A stretch of 64,000 nt of DNA, from contig NC_083422.1 in NCBI RefSeq assembly GCF_020745735.1, positions 47,368,001-47,432,000 of the forward strand, given 5' to 3'. Within the stretch, counting starts at the first letter, position 1. Each line of letters begins with the position of its first letter. The notes beneath the pieces are model-generated. The model saw only the letters and a program-made list of their open reading frames with translations, did not search any database and was not told the DNA's origin. This stretch comes from Hemiscyllium ocellatum (taxonomy: Eukaryota). A program made the translations under genes and the position numbers. This document shows, one piece after another, positions 1-11,488 of the stretch.

Positions 1-1697
1 CCAAGATGGCGGCGACTCAGCAAGTCTGAGTTTACAGTGCTCTTCCCAAAACCTGGGTAAAGTGAGTTACTCACCCCCACCACACTTACCAAACCACCCA
101 AAAACATTTTCTAACCTTAATTAGCTGTTTACTATTATATTTAAGCAGTTTAATATTAAGTGGATAATGAGTAAACCAAAGGGATCCCGCAGCTCTCAGA
201 AAACAAAGACCCCTCCCCCACCCTCCTCTCCTCCTGCTGCAGCTGATGTAAAAACAGGCCTTGAAGAGATGATTGCCAGGCTGGAAACGACACTCGTCAA
301 TTTCATCGCAGAATCCAGACAGAGATGGAACTCATTCGAAGAAAAGTTACAAAAGTACAGCCAGGCTCTGGAGGAATTACAGGGCCGAGTGAAGGGGGCG
401 GAGCTAAAGGCCACGACCTCCGAGGCTGCAGCACAAACAGCTGCAGAACAGGTGCGAGCTCTGGAGCAGAGAGTCCGGGCCTTTGATATCTACATGGATG
501 ACCTGGATAATAGAAATCGGAGAAAGAATATCCGTCTTCTGGGCCTCCCTGAACAAGAGGAGAAGGGACAGTTAGTAGTATTTCTGGAGCGATGGTTGCC
601 CCAGCTTTTAAACCTGGGGGCTGAAACTGACCGGGTAAGGGTGGAGTGGGCCTACCGGGTCGCAGTACGCGGATCTGGCCCAAACCAGCGCCCACGCCCG
701 GTCCTGTTCCGGCTGCAGAGTTATAGGGAGAGGCAGATACTCCTGGATGCCTCCAGAAAGCTTGGAAAGGATCCTAAAGCTATGATTCATGAAGGATCCA
801 AGATTATGTTATTTCAGGACTTCTCCCTGGCTTTGGCACGAAGGAGGAAGGCGTTTGATGATGTGAAGAAATGTCTAAGGAACTTAAATATTCAATACAC
901 CTTACGCTACCCAGCGACGTTATGCTTTAACCACGAAGGATCCGAGTATAATTTTAGATCACCAGAAGAGGCTAAGGAACTTTTAGACTCGTTTAAATAA
1001 ATCATAAGAGACAATTTATGTTGGCTTGCCTCTTCCACACTCCGTGGGGAGAAATGGATATTTGACTCTACTTTACTTTTGCTTCTGGGAGCAGGGTTGT
1101 CTTCCCTTGCTATTTTATGTTATTATACTTAACTGTAATTTGTTGGAGTTGTAATTTTATAGTTATGTGTGTTTGTACGTGGCATTGATGCTATCAGATA
1201 TACTCAGGTATGGGTGGGGAGGGGTGGGGGTGGGGCGCTCACTGTTAACTCTAGCTCGGTATTATATCTAAATCCTATTAAGGAGCGCCCGGGTCAAGGG
1301 TGGGACACTGTTTGGGAGAGGATATGGTGGACCTTTAGAAAGGAAGTAAGGCCCCCTGAGAATAAGGGGGAGGATCTCCATTCAAACGTTTTTTTTTGTT
1401 CTTATTGTTTGGAAATAGTTTCCTTTTTATTATACTGTTATGAGTGTATTAGAGAACATTTTTTCTTGTTTGAAGGATGTAAGTGACTCAACTATACACT
1501 CTGGATAATTGTGGATTAGATTAGTAGTTAACTGAGTTTCATTGTTTTTCTTTCTTCTTTAGTATCATTCCTTTGAATTTTGATGATTATATATTTAAGA
1601 TCTATTTTTATATTAATGTTTGTGCTTGAAAGTTCTGTTTATTTTTGTAAATCTGTCAAAATATTAAATTTCTAATAAAAATATCTTTAAAAAAAAA
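1..1697 (+). mobile_element. L1-derived element with ORF1 only (HAL1-like): 5'UTR, ORF1, non-coding tail, poly(A)
   Basis: Starts with CCAAGATGGCGGCG (YY1-type L1 5' motif); intact ORF1 167-1000; AATAAA at ~1674 and A-run 1688-1697; no ORF2 recognisable. Confidence 0.8.
167..1000 (+). CDS. LINE-1 ORF1p-like protein (coiled coil + RRM + CTD)
   Basis: Heptad region, then DLDNRNRRKNIRLLGLPE, RPRPVLFRL, FQDFS, YPATL motifs typical of L1 ORF1p. Confidence 0.9.
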   Translation: MSKPKGSRSSQKTKTPPPPSSPPAAADVKTGLEEMIARLETTLVNFIAESRQRWNSFEEKLQKYSQALEELQGRVKGAELKATTSEAAAQTAAEQVRALEQRVRAFDIYMDDLDNRNRRKNIRLLGLPEQEEKGQLVVFLERWLPQLLNLGAETDRVRVEWAYRVAVRGSGPNQRPRPVLFRLQSYRERQILLDASRKLGKDPKAMIHEGSKIMLFQDFSLALARRRKAFDDVKKCLRNLNIQYTLRYPATLCFNHEGSEYNFRSPEEAKELLDSFK

Positions 1698-3263
1698 GGT
1701 AGGGAGGAGGGACTTGGGGGAGGGGCATTGGGAACGCGATAGGTGGAAGGAGGTTAAGGTGAGGGTGAGGGTGATAGGCCAGAGAGGGGTGGGGGCTGAG
1801 AGGTCGGGAAGGCGGTGCTGAGTCCAAGGGTTGGGACTGAGACAAGATGGGGGGAGGTGAAATTAAGAAGCTGGAGAAATCTGCATTCATCCCTTGTGGT
1901 TGGAGGGTTGCTAGGCGGAAGATGAGGCACTCTTCCTCCAGGCATCGTGTTACCAGGGTCTGGCGATGGAGGAGGCCAAGGACCTGCATGTCCTTGGCGG
2001 AGTGGGAGGGGGAGTTAAAGTATTCAGCCACGGGGCGGTTGGGTTGGTTGGTGTGGGTGTCCCAGAGGTGTTCTCTAAAATGTTCCGCGAGTAGGCGGTG
2101 TGTCTCCCCAATGTAGAGGAGGCCACATCGGATGCAGTAAATAATGTGTGTGGAGGTGCAAGTGAATTTGTGATGGATATGGACGATCCCTTGGGGCCTT
2201 GGAGGGAAGTGAGAGGGGAAGTGTGGGCGCAAGTTTTGTATTTCTTGCGGGTGCAGGGGAAGGTGCCGGGAGTGGAGGTTGGGTTGGTGGGGAGTGTGGA
2301 CCTGACGAGGGAGTTGCGGAGGGAGTGGTCTTTCCGGAACGCTGATCGTGGAGGGGAGGGAAATATATCCCTGGTGGTGGGGTCTGTTTGGAGGTGGCGG
2401 AAATGACAAAGGATAATATGATGTATCTGGAGGTTGGTGGGGTGGTAGGTGAGGACCAGTGGAGTTCTGTCCTGGTGGCGATTGGAGGGGCGGGGCTCAA
2501 GGACGTAGGAGTGGGAAGTCGAGGAGACGCGGTGGAGAGCATCATCAATCACGTCTGAGGGGAAATTGCGGTCTTTGAAGAAGGACGCCATCTGGGTTGC
2601 TCGGTATTGGAATTGGTCCTCCTGGGAGCAGATGCGGTGGAATATGGGATGGCGTTTTTACAGGGGGCAGGGTGGGAGGAGGTGTAGTCTAGGTAGCTGT
2701 GGGAGTCAGTCGGTTTATAGTAGATGTCTGTGTTGAGTCGGTCGCCCGAAATAGAAATGGGGAGGTCTAGGAAGGGGAGGGAGGAGTCTGAGACGGTCCA
2801 GGTAAATTTGAGATCGGGGTGGAAGGCGTTAGTAAAGTGGATGAACTGTTCAACCTCCTCATGGGAGCACGAGGCAGCACCGATACTGTCATCGATGTAG
2901 CGGAGGAAAAGGTGGGGGGAGGTGCCAGTGTAGCTGCGGAAGATGGACTGTTCCACATATCCGACGAAGAGGCAGGCGTAGCCGGGGCCCATGTGGGTGC
3001 CCATGGCCCCACGCTGATCTCTGCCCCCACGCCCAACCCCGCCCCCACGCCCTCTCCAACCTCTCACCCTCACCTTAATCTCCTTCCATCTATCGCATTC
3101 CCAGCGCCCCTCCCCCAAGTCCCTCCTCCCTACCCTTTATCTTAGCCTGCTTGGCACACCTTCCTCATTCCTGAATAAGAGCTCATGCCTAAATGGTCGA
3201 TTCTCCTGCTCCTTGGAAGCTGCCTGACCTGCTGCGCTTTTCCAGCAACACATTTTTCAGCTT
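1698..3263 (-). mobile_element. Penelope-like element, 5'-truncated and frameshifted RT + GIY-YIG, with inverted pseudo-LTR copy at ~3010-3263
   Basis: AMGTHMGPGYACLF, FLRYIDD, LPFLD (RT); IIYCIRC..LYIGET (GIY-YIG); 3064-3134 is the near reverse complement of 1698-1768. Confidence 0.9.
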
Positions 3264-3523
3264 AGTTACTAAGTTCCCAAGTTCAGGAATTCCACCTTTT
3301 CTCCTGCCCTCAACTTTTCTTTCAAAAGTCTACTTTAAATTTCCACTTTCGACATCTGCTCCAAGCTCTCTTCAAGTGATTTTATTTAAAAATCAGGTAT
3401 TCCTTGGTAACCATCACCTTCTCGCTTTCTATCTATGGCTTGGTCTCTTAAGATTAAGGGCAACCTTAAGAGACCAAGACACAAATCGGAAGCAGGACAG
3501 AACACCAGTGCTTCACCGGCTGC

Positions 3524-3563
3524 TCACTGATGATGTTACCCAGCATGGTGACGAAACATCTGA
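3524..3563 (+). ncRNA. Minimal type-I hammerhead ribozyme motif (family C)
   Basis: TCA-CTGATGA-T-GTTACC-cagcat-GGTGAC-GAAA-CATC-TGA; stems I and II pair. Confidence 0.7.
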
Positions 3564-3604
3564 AAACAATCCTGCCAGCTCAGTGAGCAAACTCACAACC
3601 TGAA

Positions 3605-4230
3605 CCCCTCATGATTTTATAAACCTCTTCGGTCACCCCTCAACCTCCTATGCTCCAGTGGAAAAGATCTGAGTCTATAAAGCTTATTCTTTTACCTCAA
3701 ACCCTTAATTCCTGGCAAAATCCTGCTGAATGCTTCTGAACCGTCTCCACCTTAACAATATCCTTCCTATAACAGAGCAATCAAAATTCTATATAGTACT
3801 CCAGAAGAGGCCCACCAATGTCCTTTACAACCTCAACACCTACACTCAAAGGTCTGAGCAATGAAGGTAAGTGTGCTAAATGCCTTGTTAACCGCTCTGT
3901 GTGTGGCACAAACTTCAAACAATTATGGACTTGAATTCTTAGGTCTCTCTGCGCTACCACATTACCCAAAGCCCTACTTATAATTATACAAGCCCTGCCC
4001 TTGTTTGTTTCACTGAAATGCAATATCTTGCATTGAACCAAATTAAACTCCATCTGCCACTCTTTAGCGCACTGGCCCAGTTATCAAGATCTCTTTGTAA
4101 TCTTAAATAACCTTCTTCACTGTCCAGTGTACCACCAATCTGGGGGTCATCTGCAAACCTACTAACCATGCATTCTCATCTAAATCACTGACACAAATGA
4201 CAAACAAAAGTGGACCCAACACTGTGTTAA
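3605..4230 (-). mobile_element. CR1-clade LINE RT fragment
   Basis: SRFADDPQIGG and MEFN..CKILHF motifs in decayed ORFs. Confidence 0.8.
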
Positions 4231-4270
4231 TGATCATCACATTCTCCTAGACTCAGCTGCATTTATGTAC

Positions 4271-4408
4271 CTTGAGGGAGAGACACTGTGCCTTGTTCCT
4301 TTGATTTGTTTGTGATGTACCACCATTCTTTGTCTTCTGTTTCTTTGCTTCTACAGGGATTGATTCTTTCTTCTTTTTCTGTTTCTTTTTTACATCATCA
4401 TCATGCAT
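4271..4408 (-). CDS. PDCD11: PDCD11 coding exon 2 (Lys-rich)
   Basis: ttccag|MHDDDVKKKQKKKK...QCLSLK|gtacat, 138 nt, phase 0 at both ends, open frame. Confidence 0.75.
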
Positions 4409-7400
4409 CTGGAAGCAGAAGAGGTACAGCATGTATGTGAGATATAAACTGAAGCTCCATTCAAACAGCCTCCATCAAACACTCATAGGATAGTACAGCA
4501 TGGGGTTAGATAGAGAGTAAAGATCCCTCCATACTGATCCCATCAAATATTCCCAGACAGATATAGCATGAGATTAGATACAGATAATGAGAAGTTAGCT
4601 AGAATCATTAAAGTGGATAGCAAGAGTTTTTACACATTTTTTAAAAATGAAAAGATCGAGTGTTGGTCCATTAGAAAGTGAGAATGGGAAGTTAACAGTC
4701 GACAATGAGGTAATGACAGATGAAATGATTAAATATTTTGCTTCTGTCTTCACCAAATACTATACAAAAAATGTTCCATCATAGCAGTAAGTCAGGAAGG
4801 GAAGATGGTGGAAGAACTTAGAGAAATTACAATTACGAGGGAAGTAGTGTTAAAACCAATGAAGCTGCAGCTGACAAGTTTTCAGGTCCTGATGGACTTC
4901 ACCTTTGAACCTTGAAAGAGGTAGCTAATCAGCTACTGGATGCCTTGGTGTTAATTTTCCAAACTTCCCTCGATTCAAAAATGCAAAGTGGCCAATGTAA
5001 CTCATCTGTCTAACAGGAGAGGGAGTAAGAAAACAGGAAAGTATAGCTAGTGATCTTAATGTCTGTCATGGAGAAAGTGATGGAATCAATCATTAAAGGG
5101 ATTATAGTTTCACACTCTGAAAATCTCTTGTTAATTGGGAAGAGCCAACATGGTTCTGTCAAAAGGAAACTATGTTTAACCAATTTATTGGAGTTATTTG
5201 AACAAGTACCACACGCCATAGATAAAGGAAATTCTGTAGACATGCTAGATTTGGATTTCCAGAATGCATTTCATAAGGTGCAAGGTCATAGAATCATATA
5301 GATGTACAGCACGGAAGCAGACCTTCAGTCCAACTCATCCATGCCGACCAGATATCCTAAACTAATCTAGTCCCATTTGCCAGCACTTGGCCCATATCCC
5401 TCTAAACTCTTCCGATTCATATACACATCCAGATGCCTCTTAAGTGTTGTAATTGAACCAGCCTCCACTTCCTCTGGCAGCTCATTCCAAACAGCACCAC
5501 CCTCTTGTGTGAAAAAAGTTGCGCCTTCAGTCCCTTTTAAATTTTTCCTATGCCCTCCAGTTCTGGACTCCCCCATCTCAGGGAAAAGACCTTGTCCATT
5601 TACCTTATCCATGCCCCTCATGATTTTATAAATCATTGTAAGGTCACCCCTCAACCTCCCAACACTCCAGGGATAACAGCCTCACCCTATTTAACCTCTC
5701 TCTATAGCTCAAATCCTCCAACCCTGGCAGACATCCTTATAAATCTTTTCTGAACCCTTTCAAGTTTCACAACATTCTTCCGATAGGAAGGAGACCAGAA
5801 CTGCAATATTCCAAAAGTGACCTAACTACAGCCGCAACATGATCTCCCAACTCGTGTACTTAATACTCTGACCAATAAAAGGAAAGCATACCAAACTCCT
5901 TCTTCACTATCCAATCTACCTGCGATTCCACTTTCAAGGAGCTATGAACCTGCAGTCCAAGCTCTCTCTGTTCAGCAACACCTCCCAGGACCTTACCATT
6001 AAGTGTATAAGTTCTGCTAAGATTTGCTTTCCCAAAAGGCAGCACCTCACATTTATCTGAATTAAACTCCACCTGCCGGTTCTCAGCCCATTGGCCCATC
6101 TGACCAAGATCACGTTGTAATCTGAGGTAACCCTCTTCACTGTTCACGACACAACCCTTTCAAATTTCACAACACCCTTCTGAAAGGAAGACTAGAATTA
6201 CACAAAATGCTCCAACTCCTATACTCAATGCTCTGACCAATAAAGGAAAGCACACAATGCCTTCTTCACTATCCTAGCTACCTTGTCATTGTGGAAAAAT
6301 GTTCATAGAGAGTAACATAATTTTAACAGAAGATTCTGGCTAGCAGAAAACAGTATTCATAAATTGTTTTAGTCTGATTGGTAGGATGTGACTGGAGTCC
6401 TGCAGGGATCTGAGCTGCAACCTCAACCTTTTACAGTTTAAATCAATAATTAACATGAGCAGAATGAAGGTATGGTGACAAAATTTGCAGAAGGCAACAA
6501 GATAGGTGGGAAGATAAGGAAATTGCAGACGGATATAGATAGGGCAAAATCTGCCCATGGGGTATAATGTGGAAAAAAAGTGACTTTGTTCACTTCAACA
6601 GGAAAAATGAAAAAGCACTTTATTATTTAAATGGAAAGCAAGGACACAATTCTGAATTGCAGAGGGATTTATTATTTTGCTGCACAAGTCACACAAACAT
6701 TTGTATGCAGATACAACACAATCAAGGCGGCAAATGGAGTGGTATTATTTATTATAAGGTGAATTGCATACAAGAATAAAGATGTTATATTTCAGTTTTA
6801 CAGGGCATTAGTCAGACCTCATCTCAAAAACTCTGTGCAGTATTGTTCATCTTATTTAACGGAGTTTTGTAAATGCATTGGAATTGGTTCAGAGGAGGTT
6901 TACTAGATTTATAACTGGAATGAGAATACATGGATAGTCTGGGCTTGCTTCCATGGCATTCAGAGGAGAAAGGGGTTGATTGAAGTGTCATAGAGTCATA
7001 GAAATATACAGCACGGAAACAAACCCTTCGGTCCAACACCCAATCTAGTCCCACCTGCCAGCACCCGGCCCATATCCCTCTAATCCCTTCCTAGTCATAT
7101 ACCTATCCAAATGCCTTTTAAAATGTTGCCATTGTGCTAGCTTAAACCACCTTAGGTCTCTTTTATATCTTTCCCGTCTCACCCTAAACCTATGCTCTCT
7201 AGTTCTGGACGCCCCCACCCCAGGGAAAAGAGTTTGTCTATTTATACTATCCATGCCCCTCATGATTTTGTAAACCTCTTATAAAAAGGTCATCCCTCAC
7301 CCTCTGACACTCCAGGGAAAACAGCCGCAGCCTGTTCAGCCTCTCCCTATAGCTCAAAATCCTCCAACCCTGGCAACATCCTTGTAGATCTTTTCTGAAC

Positions 7401-8357
7401 CATTTCAAGTTTCACAACATCTTTCTGATAGGAAGGAGACCAGAACTGCACACAATATCCCAACAGTGGTCTAACCAATGTCCTGTACAGCCGCAACGTG
7501 ACCACCCAACTCCTGTACTCATTACTCTGATCAATAAAAGAAAGTGTACCAAACGCCTTCTTTTCTATCCTATCTATCTGTGTATAACATCCTGAATTGT
7601 CTTGAAAGGGTGAACACTGAAAATATGTTTCTTTTTGTAGCTTAATCCGGATCTAGGGGTTTGCCATTTCAGGAGAAATGAGAAAAATTCTTTCCTTTCA
7701 GAAGGTGGCCAGGGTGAGTCAATGAATATTTTTAAGACGAAGATGAATAGATTCATGTAAGGCAGGGAACTCCTTAGAGATGATAAGATTTGGAATTTAA
7801 AACGCAAACAGATCAGCTATTTATTGAATGATGGAGCAGATTCAAGGAACCAAGTGGTCTATTTTTGCTCCTATTTCATATGGTGGTATACACAGTGCCC
7901 ATCAAACACACCTACTGCAGCAAGAGCATGGGTAAAGCTCCATTTATACTGCTTGCACACTTCATGCTCTCTATAAGAAGGAAAGCAGTATCTTAATTGT
8001 TGATGTTTTGAACATTTGAAACTGAAAGGTTGGTCTGAATAAAGTTATCTAGAATTCAAAGTATTTACTGATTCAACAGTCTGGCCCCAAGGACACATAC
8101 CCAGGCATTTTCAAAATAGCCAATACCTGAAGGCAACATATGACAGGCATCAGAAAGAACCCGAGTTATTTGATCTTCATTTTGCCGCAAACAGCAAAAT
8201 ATTTCCTGTAATCTGGAATTTTGCTGTTGACTTCTAACCGCAACTGTGTGACACTTACCTTAAACAGGTTTTCATCTTCCACGCTCCTCTTCACCTTTTC
8301 CCTAGTGGGATTTCTCTGCACCCCTCCACGAGGGAAATCCTTATCCATTGCAGCCAT
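4271..8357 (-). CDS. PDCD11: PDCD11 (RRP5 homolog), first two coding exons 8357-8259 and 4408-4271; gene continues left of the window
   Basis: N-terminus MAAMDKDFPRGG...EDENLFK matches the RRP5 FPRGG motif; head-to-head with ATP5MK as in human. Confidence 0.85.
4590..7870. mobile_element. Cluster of nested CR1-clade LINE fragments in both orientations
   Basis: [41 protein letters not shown] 3'-end motifs. Confidence 0.85.
8259..8357 (-). CDS. PDCD11: PDCD11 coding exon 1
   Basis: Acceptor cag before 8366, ATG 8357, donor AAG|gtaagt; 33 codons. Confidence 0.9.
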
Positions 8358-8479
8358 TTTTGCAACCTGCAGAAAGAAGTAAGAATATCTTATAGTAGTA
8401 ACAGTTCAGTGGGAAAGGAAGGGTGAAGGCTTTTTAGATGGGGTGGAGGGTTTGTTATGAGACAAGGCCCCACAGATGA

Positions 8480-9640
8480 GGTGAGGAGCAGGTTAATACC
8501 AAAACAGAGAGATTGCTGCAGATCTAGCAACATCTGTGGATAGAAAGCAGAGTTAAAATTTTGAGTCCAATTATCATTCAGAACAGATAATAGCTAGGAA
8601 AAGGACAAAGAGTGAGAGGACAAATGGATGTGGAGCCCAGAGAGGGAGAAAAACAAATAGGAGGACTAAAGGAATAGTAATAGTATGCTCAAGATAAAGA
8701 AAAGTTGATAATGGGGACAATAAGTGGATGAAAGTGGATTGGCTGTGCTAAAAGCAGTCCCTATCATGATAGGGTCTGGGATGTAGGGATGGGTAAAGGA
8801 TGACATTGAGTTTCAAACACTGTAGGGGACCCACATGGAAAATGAGATATTGTTCTTCCAACTTGTGCTAAGTCTTGCAGGAGTAGTGCAGCAGGCTGAG
8901 GCAGAAGTGTTGGCCACGGTATATGAAGTGGTGGGCAATTGGAAGTTCAGGGTCAGTTTTGTGAACAGAAAGTAGGCATTCTGTAAAGCTGTTGTCCAGT
9001 CTCCATTTCATCTCCCCAAACACAGATTGAGTGAAGTGCAGGTAAGTCACTGCTACACCTGGAAAGTGTGTCTAGAGCCTTGGATAGTGAAGGAGGGTGG
9101 AGATAAACAGGTAGGTGTTACAACCTTCTGTAATTGCATGGAAAGATGTAATGGGGTTGTTGGAAGTGGAGGAGGAATGGATCAAGGTATCCTGGAGGTT
9201 ATACAAAACACTGACCAGGGAGAGGAGGACAAAACAGGCTTGGTGGAGGCATCCAGCTGGAGGTTGCGGAAATGGCAGATTTGGGTGCCTATGGTACAGA
9301 TGCTGGTGGACTGGAAAGTGAGTAAAAAATGATGTCTGCAGATGCTGGAGATCACAGCTGAAAATGTGTTGCTGGTTAAAGCACAGCAGGTTAGGCAGCA
9401 TCCAAGGAACAGGAAATTCGACGTTTCGGGCATGAGCCCTTCATCAGGAAGGGCTTATGCCTGAAACGTCGAATTTCCTGTTCCTTGGATGCTGCCTAAC
9501 CTGCTGTGCTTTAACCAGCAACACATTTTCAGCCGGACTAGAAAGTGAGGACCGGTGTAGGGGAGAGGAGGGATGAGGCAGAAGTGTGGTAAATAGCTAA
9601 GGGCCACAGTGATGGGGAATGCTCAAGACATTTCTAAGCT
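8480..9640 (-). mobile_element. Old Penelope-like remnant hosting a younger palindromic insertion
   Basis: Decayed similarity to 1698-3010 (PIAHHF; ICHFRNLQLDASTK). Confidence 0.6.
9323..9534 (-). mobile_element. Palindromic Penelope pLTR mini-element with hammerhead (family A)
   Basis: Arms ~9356-9443 and ~9448-9533 are inverted; intact minus-strand hammerhead 9415-9450; TSD GGACT(G/A)GAAAGTGAG at 9308-9322 and 9535-9549. Confidence 0.85.
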
Positions 9641-9664
9641 GATCACCCACTGACTCCAGATGAT

Positions 9665-9840
9665 AGTCCAACAAGTTTATTTGGAAGTACTAGCTCTCAG
9701 AGCGCTGCTCTTTCATCAGGTGACGAAGGAGCGGCGGTTTGAAAGCTAGTGCTTCCAAATAAACCTGTTGGACTACAACCTGACGTTGTGTGATTGTTAA
9801 CTTTGTACACCCCAGTCCAACACTGTCCCCTCCACATCAC
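9665..9840. mobile_element. Palindromic pLTR mini-element, family B, with decayed hammerheads
   Basis: agtccaaca...actagctctc...catcaggtg followed by its inverted copy; homologous to 33444-33536. Confidence 0.7.
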
Positions 9841-9999
9841 TGACTCCATCAGACAAAGACTATAGGAAGCAGAACAACTGGAGGAGGGGGTGATCACATG
9901 AACGACATCACTCACAATGTTTGATAATACGAACGTTACCGTCAGTGACTCTGAATCTGCTGAAACCGAACCCACGATCATTCACATGGCCATCGCCAT

Positions 10000-10420
10000 G
10001 ACACTAACCTCCGGAAACGTTCACTGCCTCCAGACAACTACTTCCGGCGACACCCGTTGATCAGTCATTTCCGCCCCGCACTCAATCGACTACCATCTTG
10101 GATGCAGCGCTTACATTTGACGTCACGGGGCGGTATGATAACAAACAGCCAATAACAACCGAGTCTCTCCGGTGACGTTAGAGATTGACAACCGTGCTGC
10201 CCAACTGGCACCGTGGGAAGGCGGGTGCACATTTGCGGTTGGCGTCTATATTATCCAATGGCAGTGTAGTCTCTCTGACGTAACGTCCGCTGGTGTGTAT
10301 CCGGTTGAGTGATGGTTGTTTACACCAATAAGAGTGGGGTTTGGGCGGTTATTTCCGGCGGAGGGCGGTTTAATGGTCGGGGCCTGTGAAGGGCACGGGA
10401 AGTGACTGAGTGAAGGTGAG
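10000..10420. promoter_or_regulatory. Bidirectional CpG-rich promoter of PDCD11 and ATP5MK
   Basis: ETS ACTTCCGG ~10040, YY1-like CCATCTT ~10093, CRE TGACGTCA 10118-10125, more TGACGT sites, three CCAAT; candidate non-coding exon donors at 10008 (minus) and 10416 (plus). Confidence 0.75.
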
Positions 10421-10599
10421 AGTTGGTCGTGAGGTGTATGTGAAGCTGGTGCCTGGCCCCGGTGAGAGTGTAGCCTGATACTGCATTTGGGGAGTTTTTC
10501 CAGGAGTGAGGGCAAGGCAGAATCACGCCCTGGGCTTGGTGCCCCCGATCTGATCTGGGAGTCCTGAGATCAATTCCAGTTGTGCCCCAGAGACTGGCA

Positions 10600-10656
10600 C
10601 GGCCCTGGCCCTGGCCCTGGGACTGGGGCTGGGGCTGGGGCTGGGGCTGGGGCTGC
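10600..10656 (+). repeat. (GGCCCT)n(GGGGCT)n hexamer repeat
   Basis: Seen directly. Confidence 0.9.
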
Positions 10657-11401
10657 AGCTGCATTGACAAAGGTTCCTGTAACACACCCGGTCGCTGTCT
10701 CCAGTGAGACAATGGGATTGTCAATGTAAACTGTCACGCTGTAGTTCCACCCTCCCACATGACGTGGCGCTATGGCAGGTGGTCTGCGTTATAAATGTAA
10801 AGCAGCCAGTGTATGAGAGTAAAAGATAAGACATAGGAGCAGAACTTAGGCCATTCAGCCTATTGAGTCTGCTCTGCTATTATCCTATAAGCTTCTCAAG
10901 CCCATTCTCCAGCTGTCTCCCTAAAACCCTTCATACTCATAAACCTACCTACTCCAGTTTTAAATAGACTCAATGGCCTGGATTCCATATCCTCTTGTGG
11001 CAATGAATTCCACAGATCCACCACTCACTGGCTGAAGATATTTCTCCTTATCTCTGTTCTAAAAGGCCTTCCCTTCACTCTTAAGATGTTGGAAAGTGTG
11101 TAGAGATTTCAGGGGAGTTGGTGCAATTCTCAGGACAAATCTAGTGTCAAAGTTTCTTAAATCTTCTGTTCACCCTTCACTCTGAATCACCACTTTAAAC
11201 AGTCCAGAGGTTGACTTTAGGATATGAAACTACAACTGATTCTGAGCCAAACTTGTAAAGCCTGAAAGGAGATGAAGAAGTTTTTCTGTCTTATTTGAAA
11301 ATGATATGCACTGTATTTGGTATTGATATACCTGATCATTTCTATGTTCAAAATTTGATTTAAATGATTGTTTCCCTCCACAGTTTGAGTGAGGAGAGAG
11401 G

Positions 11402-11488
11402 ATGGCAGGTCATGATGCTGGTAGCCAGCACCAGTTCACTGGCTTCCAGAAGTACTTCAATTCTTACACCATCACTGGGAGGAGGAAT
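11402..11488 (+). CDS. ATP5MK: ATP5MK coding exon 1
   Basis: FTG..KYFNSYT.TGR.N signature; donor gtaagt at 11489. Confidence 0.95.

Noticed and set aside
1169-1486. 105 aa ORF as L1 ORF2
   Set aside because: No endonuclease or RT motifs; non-ATG start
9323-9534. DNA-transposon MITE or pre-miRNA
   Set aside because: Arms are asymmetric, TSD is 14-15 bp and the sequence matches the Penelope pLTR at 3170-3263
10320-10758. (QP)n/(AP)n ORFs
   Set aside because: Translation of the GGGGCT repeat in an intron
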